Shown piece by piece: positions 18,746 to 27,700 of a stretch of DNA of 64,000 nucleotides; within the stretch, counting starts at the first letter, position 1, and every line of letters starts with the position of its first letter. The stretch lies in IMG/VR virus record IMGVR_UViG_3300005614_000001, positions 32,001 through 96,000 of that record. One strand, given 5' to 3'. The notes beneath the pieces were generated by a model. It saw only the letters and a program-made list of their open reading frames with translations, was not told the origin of the DNA and did not search any database. The DNA is from a virus (taxonomy: Duplodnaviria > Caudoviricetes). A program made the position numbers and the translations under genes.

Positions 18746-21292
18746 CTATTGGTTTGTAGCAGTTTTTATTATTTCTTCAGCAGTCATTGGTTTCCCTGTA
18801 GCAGGATTTACAGTTTTAGTCCATTGTTCTATCTGGTATTGTATACCACCGGGAGTTTGTGCAGCTCCAGTTGGAAGAGGAACAGCTATTGGGTTTTGCC
18901 CACTAAGAATGTATAGTTGATACCCACCACCTAGGAGAGGTTCTCTTTTTCCTATAGCATATCTTATCTTTCCATCATAAGAAGCAAGTACACCATCCCC
19001 TTTCAAAGGGGTGCGTTTATCTGGAGATGTTTCTATAGCCCTCACCAACCATTGGTCGGAAGGGGCTGGGTTAGTTACATTCTTATCTGTAGGTACTACT
19101 ATATCCTGGAACTTCTTATCATCTCCGGTATTATAAACTATGTGCAACTCCCCTGTAATGGGATCTGTATAAGTACTGTTTGGATGAATTTTATCTACAT
19201 CTATTGAGGTGTTGTTAATTTTACCCCCGGCATTCAAATTAATAGCCTGTGCCACTAAATTCTTTTGCTGTTCCATGTATTCTTTATCTCCCGATATAAC
19301 AGAATACTTAGGGTTCCAATTCACTCCCTTTTCATTATATTGTTTATTTATATAATCTGTCTTTGTATTAAGTAACTGTTCCACAGGGTGAACTAACTTA
19401 TTTAAAGTCTCCTGCCTTTTTTGTGTAAGGAGAGCTTTTAATACAGTATAGTCTGGACTATTTTTATATTCATCTAAAGCCTGCATTACAGGATCTATAT
19501 TATTTGAATTTGGGGCAGAGCTCACTATACCGGTAGTAGAGGATACACCTGCACCATTATTGGCTTCAGTTCTATATTGATTGGATTTTGCTAATATAGA
19601 ACTTAGCTCAGTCATGAAATGAGTGTCTTTTGCAGGGTTTACTACCACTCTATTTGCACTCCCTATACTCCCATCTGTTCTGTGAGCTCCTTCTACATGG
19701 ACTCCTTCTATTACTATTGGTTGATTTAAAGTGTTAGCTATAGAGTATTTAGACTCTGCATCCTTATTTATATCATCTCTTAATTGTCCAAGTACTCCAA
19801 GCTGTACTGTATTCTCCCTGGACATTTGTTTATAATTCAAATATTCAGGGTCTACATTACCAGTTTGGTTTTGGAATGCATTTTCCTGCAGGGCTTTCCA
19901 CTGCTTGTAAGAATTTACAGCATCAGGCCCTGGAGTGAGGTTATTCTTCTTATAATACTCTCTTTTTAAAGCTTCATCCAGGTCTGTCCCCTTCTTAACC
20001 AAGGAGTTAATATTATCTTCATTTTTCTGAAAACTGTATTCTCCTGTACTACCTCCCTTTCCAACTAATTGCTGTTCATCTGTTGCAGCAGTTCCATCTG
20101 CATTCTTCTTAGCTCCTTTTACTTTATTTAAATACAGGCCATAATATGGATTATTAATATCCATTGGTTTCCCTGTATCCGGATCTATTCCTGCATTTAT
20201 ATTTTCTATCCTTACTTTTTGTGCTTCTAAAGTAAACTTAGTGGTATTGATGGCATTTTCATTTGCCTTCAATTCCAGTTCATGATTATTCTTCTGGTAG
20301 TTGATAACATATTTATCAGAGAAATGATCCCTATAGTATGCCTGCTTTACAGCATCCATATTCCCATTATCTATAGCATCAAAATATTCTTTATTGTTAC
20401 TTTTAATACCGTCTATCTTATTCTTATTAAAGGCTATCTGGTTATCATACTGAGCTGCAGCTATAGGGTCATTTCCCAATTTAAGCTTTTCAGCAGCCAG
20501 TTCATTATTTAACTGCTCCAGGTTAGATACTTTATTTCCATTATAGATAGCTATATTTCTCTTAAGGTCTGTAGGGGAATAGTTCTTATAGTTATAGTTT
20601 GCATCTATAGCAAGCTGTTGTCCTATCCTTGGGTCTTGAGAGATAGTCTCCCTTACTAAAGCATCTATATCTTCCGGTCTTATTTTAGAAGATTTATCTA
20701 TTGCTATCTGGTACTGTCCATCCGCATTTAACTTATAACTTACTTCCGGACCCAGTTTACTTACTTTATCTACTATTGGTTTTTCAGGGTCATAGTATTT
20801 AGTAGCCTGAGTTGGACCATTATAGTTAGCTCCTACATCTGGGTTATTTAAATATGCCTGTACAGCAGAATTATCATAAGCTTCATTTTGAGGAGCATAT
20901 TGATCTGGAGATTTATCCTTTAGTTGCTTCTGGGAAGCCATAAGGGATTTTATCTGTGAGGCTGAAGCCACAGCATTTTGTATAGTTGGGTCTTTGTATA
21001 TCTGTCCTGCAAGTGCCCCCACCTGGTTTAACATAGCGGGGTTGCTCCAATCAGCTCCTGCTACAGATTGTAACTTAGAGGTTAGATCATCTACTTTAGA
21101 TTGTACATATTGTTTCCTGTGGTCTCCATAAACCTCCAGTCCACCAACAGAATCTAATACTCCTTGTACTCTTTGTACCCCCTGGTTATACTGCTGCTGC
21201 TTTTCCATCCCTGCCTGTACATAGGCATTTACATCATATTTGCCAATATAAGGAGTTAGGGGAAGTGGTTGATTATCAAGGTATGAGGCCAA
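18746..21292 (-). CDS. Ejection/cargo protein, first gene of the RNAP cluster (TTG start)
   Basis: 848 aa, N-terminus MASYLDNQPLPLTPYIG; in-frame stop 8 codons upstream with no ATG, so the start is TTG; synteny. Confidence 0.7.
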   Translation of the reverse strand: MASYLDNQPLPLTPYIGKYDVNAYVQAGMEKQQQYNQGVQRVQGVLDSVGGLEVYGDHRKQYVQSKVDDLTSKLQSVAGADWSNPAMLNQVGALAGQIYKDPTIQNAVASASQIKSLMASQKQLKDKSPDQYAPQNEAYDNSAVQAYLNNPDVGANYNGPTQATKYYDPEKPIVDKVSKLGPEVSYKLNADGQYQIAIDKSSKIRPEDIDALVRETISQDPRIGQQLAIDANYNYKNYSPTDLKRNIAIYNGNKVSNLEQLNNELAAEKLKLGNDPIAAAQYDNQIAFNKNKIDGIKSNNKEYFDAIDNGNMDAVKQAYYRDHFSDKYVINYQKNNHELELKANENAINTTKFTLEAQKVRIENINAGIDPDTGKPMDINNPYYGLYLNKVKGAKKNADGTAATDEQQLVGKGGSTGEYSFQKNEDNINSLVKKGTDLDEALKREYYKKNNLTPGPDAVNSYKQWKALQENAFQNQTGNVDPEYLNYKQMSRENTVQLGVLGQLRDDINKDAESKYSIANTLNQPIVIEGVHVEGAHRTDGSIGSANRVVVNPAKDTHFMTELSSILAKSNQYRTEANNGAGVSSTTGIVSSAPNSNNIDPVMQALDEYKNSPDYTVLKALLTQKRQETLNKLVHPVEQLLNTKTDYINKQYNEKGVNWNPKYSVISGDKEYMEQQKNLVAQAINLNAGGKINNTSIDVDKIHPNSTYTDPITGELHIVYNTGDDKKFQDIVVPTDKNVTNPAPSDQWLVRAIETSPDKRTPLKGDGVLASYDGKIRYAIGKREPLLGGGYQLYILSGQNPIAVPLPTGAAQTPGGIQYQIEQWTKTVNPATGKPMTAEEIIKTATNQ

Positions 21293-21316
21293 AGGAATTA
21301 GTATTTGAAAGGTTTA

Positions 21317-21348
21317 CAAAGGTATTACTTATTTTAATTATATACAAC
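21317..21348 (-). promoter_or_regulatory. Bacteroidota sigmaA-type promoter for the RNAP cluster
   Basis: GTTG-N20-TACCTTTG on the minus strand, about 25 nt before the TTG start. Confidence 0.5.
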
Positions 21349-21378
21349 TTCTTAAGTTATATTGTTTAACAGTTTAGA

Positions 21379-23352
21379 TTATTTCTTAGCCTTCTTTTTC
21401 AGCTTGATGGGGGTTTTACCACCATACTTCTGTATATTAGTTTGCATGGCTTTCTTTCTATCTATTTCTGCCTGGTATTGTTCTTTAGCATCTCTATATC
21501 CACCATAGTGTATTTCCTTGCTTCCTATAATATTTCCTGAAGGATCTCTTTCTATTTCAGTTCTTATATTACTGCTATTTCCACTGGCTCCCAGACCAAT
21601 ATTAGACCCTGGTGCAAAATTAGCATCTGGCCCCTGGTATTGCAGGTTCATATTCTGGTCTGGTCTATAATTAAACCTGTTTTCTTCCAGGCGGATAGTA
21701 TTATTCTCTCTCCTGTTTTGGGCTATTTTAGAAGCCAGGGATGCAAGTGCTTCTCTCTGGTGCTGTTTAGTGTAGGTTTCTGCAGCAGTTTGTCTTTGGT
21801 TCTCTGTATCTGCAAATTGCAGGTTCTTTAATTTAGCATCATTTAGCAATCCAATATTCTTATTGGTTACTTCATTCTGTATTCCCTGGTTAGTTCTAAA
21901 CTGTTCAGCCTGAACTGCGTTATCTGCACTGTACTTCTGGGCAGCAAGAGCAGCTAAAGCTGAAGGATTACTATGTACCTGGTCTTCTACTGCTTTAAAA
22001 GTAGCATTGTTTTGATTTAGCCTATCCTGGAAAGATACATTATAAGGAGTGAAGAGCTGAGGGTTATACTGCTGGTGAGGAACAGGAGTAGGTCTTTCAG
22101 CTAACCCTGCAAGTTCCGGGAGAATATCTGATATCCCCAGTTTATTTCTATCTGCCAGGGATGTCATCTTTTTAGCCTGTGGTGTTACAAAGCCAGGATC
22201 TGGTTTATACCTGCTTACCATCTCATTTACATCTACAGGATTGAGATTACCTGGGGCATTTCCAGCGGGCTGAATTGGGGAAATGGTATCTCTTACAGGA
22301 ATTGGTTGTATATCCTGGTATGGAAGAGGTTTTATAGGAGCTGTACTAACTGGAGTATTATCATAATACTTTCCATCTTCTCCATAAGTTATAGTATTTT
22401 TCAGCTTTCCAAATTCATCAGGAGCTAATTCTCCTACCTTCTTATTAGCTATATCACCAAGACTAATATTATATCCACTTCCACCAGTCCATTTCTTTAT
22501 GGCATCTTTTACCGGGAGGTTTTTATAAGTAGGGGATTTTAACAATGCCTGCATGGCATTTAACCCTGAAGTAGTATCTGGGAATTTAGCAAACCTTCCA
22601 CCATCAGTAGAAGGATCTCCAGGAACTGCACCATATTTTTGCTGCCATGGAGCATACTTTAAATTACCTGGATTGTTATGCCTTACAGCTACTGAAGAAG
22701 AGGAGGTTGTATTATCTCCACTTCCATCCCCTTGGCTACCACCATCTGCATAGATAGGAATAGAACCACCATTTTTAAGCATCTTAGATAACTCTTTTGG
22801 CTTCACCCCAGTTTTATCAGCAGTTTCCAGCATCCAGTTCTGTATAGTGGAGAGATCTTCTTTCTGTTGGGCTAAATCCTTCTGTTTTATATTGGCCCCT
22901 TCCTGCATTACTCTCCCTGAATTGAAAGCAAATGCCTGGAACTTATTATATGGATCCTGGGTATTTATTAGCCCTGAAGCTGTATCTAACTGCTTTCCGG
23001 CTTTAGCCTCCTGCTCCCCAATCTCCTTCCCAACAGTTTTAAATTTCTTATCCATTGTAGGAACTTTCATGTTCCCTAAAATATTTAAGTTGTTATCTCT
23101 CCCTATAAAAGCAGTCTCCGAGCCCTCTACTTCCAGAGGATTTTCTCCATAAGACATTTTAATTCCCCCCTGGTCATGAGAGTTACCATGAAATTGCATC
23201 ATTCCCCCATTATACGGGTTATGAGAGATTGGAACTACTCCTCCTCCATCATATATCTGTATACCATTTTCAGCTTGTGGAATTCCGGTAACTCTTACCT
23301 TACTTATTCCACCATCTTCCATTTTTGGTATACCTTTTACTTTTACTTTCAT
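21379..23352 (-). CDS. Cargo protein with lysozyme-like peptidoglycan-hydrolase domain
   Basis: 657 aa; RHNNPGNL...FAKFPD..SGL.AM..LL...Y......AIKKW; repeated xDGG/xYGG motifs; GNSHDQGGI...EVEGSE. Confidence 0.7.
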   Translation of the reverse strand: MKVKVKGIPKMEDGGISKVRVTGIPQAENGIQIYDGGGVVPISHNPYNGGMMQFHGNSHDQGGIKMSYGENPLEVEGSETAFIGRDNNLNILGNMKVPTMDKKFKTVGKEIGEQEAKAGKQLDTASGLINTQDPYNKFQAFAFNSGRVMQEGANIKQKDLAQQKEDLSTIQNWMLETADKTGVKPKELSKMLKNGGSIPIYADGGSQGDGSGDNTTSSSSVAVRHNNPGNLKYAPWQQKYGAVPGDPSTDGGRFAKFPDTTSGLNAMQALLKSPTYKNLPVKDAIKKWTGGSGYNISLGDIANKKVGELAPDEFGKLKNTITYGEDGKYYDNTPVSTAPIKPLPYQDIQPIPVRDTISPIQPAGNAPGNLNPVDVNEMVSRYKPDPGFVTPQAKKMTSLADRNKLGISDILPELAGLAERPTPVPHQQYNPQLFTPYNVSFQDRLNQNNATFKAVEDQVHSNPSALAALAAQKYSADNAVQAEQFRTNQGIQNEVTNKNIGLLNDAKLKNLQFADTENQRQTAAETYTKQHQREALASLASKIAQNRRENNTIRLEENRFNYRPDQNMNLQYQGPDANFAPGSNIGLGASGNSSNIRTEIERDPSGNIIGSKEIHYGGYRDAKEQYQAEIDRKKAMQTNIQKYGGKTPIKLKKKAKK

Positions 23353-23361
23353 ATAATATTT

Positions 23362-24768
23362 TTATTCAAATGAATATCCCATTGCTTGATAATGTGCAAT
23401 TTCTTCCGGTGTAAGTTCTAATTCCTGCCCTACAGAAAGCCCATTTTCTCCATGTTTCCAGTGGCTGGCGTTTTGAGCAAATATTGCACGTTTCCTGGTA
23501 AGAGGATTTTTAGAATGAGTTAATTCTTCTGTACTTTTACCAGTTTTTTTCTTCAGAGCATTAAATTTTCCCTTGTTCTTTGGGTTTATATGTATACCGC
23601 TTGCTGCTTCAGGTATCTCCATACCATCTTCTGCTTTTCCGCCTCCTGCTATAAAACCAAAATATTTCTTTTGTTTAGGGGTAAGAGGATGCCCTTGTGC
23701 AGTTCCATCTCTTAGTATCTCTTTTGCTTTTTCAGGACTTAAAGAGCCTCCATTTGCCATTGTTCTATCATCATGTGTATCTGGTGCATAAGTTCTGTTA
23801 GCTACCTGACCCATCCACTTCCCACCAGTTTGACCCCCATATTCAAATGGCATATAATCCTGTATTGGGATTTGTTGGGAATAGTCGTGTCTTATATTCC
23901 CCAGTATCTGGGTATTTGATTGAGGGTGAAAGTTTTGTCTCTCCTCTCTGAACTGATCATAACTTCTATTCACCGGAAAACCATTGTAAGTTTCCGGAAG
24001 AGAGTTCAGTAGTTGGGGAATTTGCGAGCTATTGTACCCATAAGGATCAATAGAATAAGAATCAGGCTTACCATAGCTATTATAGGTTGGAACATAATTA
24101 AACCCCCGCATAGGGTATTGCTTTTCTCTGTTCACCGGAGTAGCTACTGTAGCTCTGTTTATTCTATTACCATATATATCTACTTCCGGGAGGGTATTAC
24201 TCGCGGGAGGATTATATATTGGTTGATTTGGAATATCTTCTGTTACCTGTATATTATGCTTTCTATAGCTTCTTTGTGTATAGTCATCTGCTACTCCACC
24301 ATCTGCATATATTTCCCCACCATATTTGAATATAGCCTGGCTTCCTGTACCTTGAGAGTATTGGGAGTCTGTTAACTGGTTATAAGGTCTTATTCTCCTT
24401 GACTGGTGTTCTGGTATCATTGCATCTGCAAACTGTAAACCTGCAGCAAGTAAATCGCCAGTACCTGGGGTAGTAAAGGAAAAACCTTTCTTCTTTGGAG
24501 TTTGTTTATTTCCATCTATAGGTTGAAAGTTTGTTTGTTGATTTTGGTCCTGCATTCCTTGCATCTGGTTATTATCCTGTATTCCTTGATTGATAGCCAT
24601 AGGAGAATGCCAGTTAGGATCTTGTTGATACTGGTTTTGATATTGCTGCCATGGATAGAGACTATATCCATTATCTGCTATAGGCATCATATTACTATCA
24701 GGGGGAAGAGTTGGAATTTGCATTTTTGCACTGCCTCTTTTCTTTGGTTTAATCTTTTTACTTTTCAT
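23362..24768 (-). CDS. Low-complexity virion cargo protein
   Basis: 468 aa, Gln/Pro/Asn-rich; GIHINPKNKGKF...RKRAIFAQNASHWKH module; repeated ADGG/YGG motifs; follows muzzle gene. Confidence 0.65.
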   Translation of the reverse strand: MKSKKIKPKKRGSAKMQIPTLPPDSNMMPIADNGYSLYPWQQYQNQYQQDPNWHSPMAINQGIQDNNQMQGMQDQNQQTNFQPIDGNKQTPKKKGFSFTTPGTGDLLAAGLQFADAMIPEHQSRRIRPYNQLTDSQYSQGTGSQAIFKYGGEIYADGGVADDYTQRSYRKHNIQVTEDIPNQPIYNPPASNTLPEVDIYGNRINRATVATPVNREKQYPMRGFNYVPTYNSYGKPDSYSIDPYGYNSSQIPQLLNSLPETYNGFPVNRSYDQFREERQNFHPQSNTQILGNIRHDYSQQIPIQDYMPFEYGGQTGGKWMGQVANRTYAPDTHDDRTMANGGSLSPEKAKEILRDGTAQGHPLTPKQKKYFGFIAGGGKAEDGMEIPEAASGIHINPKNKGKFNALKKKTGKSTEELTHSKNPLTRKRAIFAQNASHWKHGENGLSVGQELELTPEEIAHYQAMGYSFE

Positions 24769-24772
24769 ATTA

Positions 24773-27700
24773 TTATTTATATGATGTTTGTGTAGGGAAT
24801 AATGTAAACTGTGACAATAGCTTTACATCACTTTTATTATCCAGGATATGTCTTACTTTTGCATTCTTACCCCTGATAGTATCTTTCCTAAAGCTCCTGG
24901 TACTATAATCCAGGTTATCTGTATTCAGCACTTTATTAGTCATAGATAGATCACAACTATCTGAAAAGAATGCCTCTGTATTTCCATTACTTATATTCCA
25001 GAAGGTGTTATACTGGTAGATATTATCTGTCTTGGTAACTAATATATCCTTTGAATCACTATTGAATTTAGGGTATTTTAAATATGCTGATAAGTCATTC
25101 TGTGGTTTTGGGATAAGATTTAATACCCCGGTACACTGATAATCATTAGAGATGATGGACTTATTAAAGTAGTCATTAGTACTATAATAATTATTCAAAC
25201 TTGTATACTTCCTGGATACACAATAATCTCTTACAGATTGCAGGATTTGATCTTCTGCACCTTGGAACACCAAAGGGTATTCTAATATGTATGGATATTG
25301 TTTACCATAGAAGTTATTAAATACAGAGAATGTTTGATTATGGTTCCATAATGTAGCACCTGTAGCAGTATTATTTCCACTCTGGAAATAGTTAGCAAAT
25401 GGCACATAATAGTTTGGGAGATAACTATGATAAGCTATCCATCCCCCTGTTTTAAAACTATAAGATATGCTCCAGCTTTTATTACAGAAGTACTTAGGGT
25501 CTGTAAGCTGTATTTCTATTAAAGGTTGATTACATATTACATTTCCTTGTGCTAACTGGTTAGTTGGGGTGTCATTTAAAGAAGTATATGGATTAAAATA
25601 GAACTTTCCATTATCATAAGTAATAGCATCAGAAAGTGGAATATAATCCAGTTTGGTGATGATAAGCCTTTGATAGAACATATCATATACTCCATGTAAC
25701 CCTACACCAGAAAAGTGATTATCTATATCTACTGCCGGGAAGTATTTGTTTATATTAAATGGAAGGAATTGAGAGAACCACTTATCCATCCCATTACTTG
25801 TGATGTCGGTTACTTTACTTCCCTGTAGCAGTAATACTTCTCCTCTTACTGCATCTATAAATATATGTCCAAACTCTGTCCTTAAAAGAAATTTATGCTG
25901 GCTCCCTGCATATCCTATATCTGTTTCAGATAGGTCTATTGGTTGCTGAGAGAATAGTTCAGAGTTCCCAAGATATGCCTGTTGTGGGAGAGATGTATTT
26001 ACTACTGTAAGAGCATTATATATCTGGCTCTTATTATCAAATCTAACCAACACTTCTCTGTTCTCTATAGTATCTATTGCAGTAAGCCCGCCGTAAGCTT
26101 TTGGAAAATCATGGTATGCTGCAGGTTTATACACCAACCAGTTATTCTTTGTTTCCTCCAGGGTGCTCTGGTCACTCCATATAGCTCTATTAGGGAAGTT
26201 AGTGAGACAAGGTTTATTAGGGTCATAATCTTCCCTTAAATGTCCAAAATAGTCTTCTTTATTTTGCTTAGAATAGCTTTGGTTATAGTTATAAGTATTA
26301 TCATTTGCTATAGAAACAAATGCCTCCTGTACCCATTCATCTGGAATGGTGGAGGATACATGTGGGTAGAAATCTCCTTCCTTGCTATTAGTTGCCTGGC
26401 GATAATCTACATTTACTTCACTTTCTACAAAGAAATAAGGAATGCCGTATACAAATAAATACATCAACCCTTGTTCATATAACTCTTTACTTTTGAAGTT
26501 ATCCAGGTTGAGGTTCCTTACCCCAAGGTTATTGAGTATCTCTTTTAGAATATCGAAGGTTATTTCCATTGCCACTACCCCTGCATACATCACCTGTACT
26601 GCATTAGCATCTATATTAGTGGTGATGGCCCCAACCTTACTTTGAATTATTTTAGCTATATCACTCCCTATCTTAACTGGTCTGGTAGAAAACCAGAACA
26701 TCGGGTAGGTGAAATTGGCTATTTGATCATATTCTATATCCGTCTGGTCTGCATCCAATACTGTATTTTCATCAAATATTGGAAGCTTTGTTTTCAGTGC
26801 AAACCTGTTAATGAATATATCTCCTCCAAATACTGTAGGGATAGATGTAAATGGAGTTCCGTCACTTTGATAAAGAGGTGAATAATACCCTGTACTTATA
26901 GTTTCATAAGAATATATCTGCCCCCATTGGTTAAGGAGCTGTCTTTTTATACTACCATAGTAAGAGGATATATTAGACTTCCTTACAGTCTCCGGGATAC
27001 GGTTTATACTATTATCCTCCTGGTATGCTGCATAGCTATCCAGATAGGCATTATAAGCCACCACCTTATCAAAATCCTCTATTGTAGATGGTGAAGATAC
27101 ATTTAGGGCCTCCAGGTCTGCTTCTGTATTTATGCCGCTATAAATATTTTTAACCTCATTATTTGCAGTAATAAAAGCACCAATATTACCTGCTATGTAC
27201 ACCTGATAAGACTCTTGTTTTAATGAGTCAAAAGTTATATAAACAGGGGTTCCGTGAACAGATGTATTTACTTTTAATTTATTATTTAATGGGTCACGAG
27301 TGGCAGCATCGAAGTTATTATATTCAAATATAACTGAAGTCCCACCAGCCTGTGTGCTGGAAAAGAACTGGAGTGAATTTGTTATATCTTGTTGATTACC
27401 ACTTATTAATAGAAATGTATAAGTTCCACAATCAAAGGTGGTGGAGGGAACCCCCGTAGTTGGATCTATACAGGGAGACATATTTATGTCCATTAACTGC
27501 AGTGTACCAAGCTTTACCCCAGTTGCATCCAGGTAGTCATATGTATCACCTATAGTAGGGAGTACTTTAAACTGATTAGTGCAGTTAAATATATATACCT
27601 GTGGTCCTGTATAAGAGGAATTCAGTAATTCTGTAGATATAGAACTATCAGATACAGTAGTTGTTTTTGCAGAAAGGAAGAGATTAAAATAAGTATCCCA

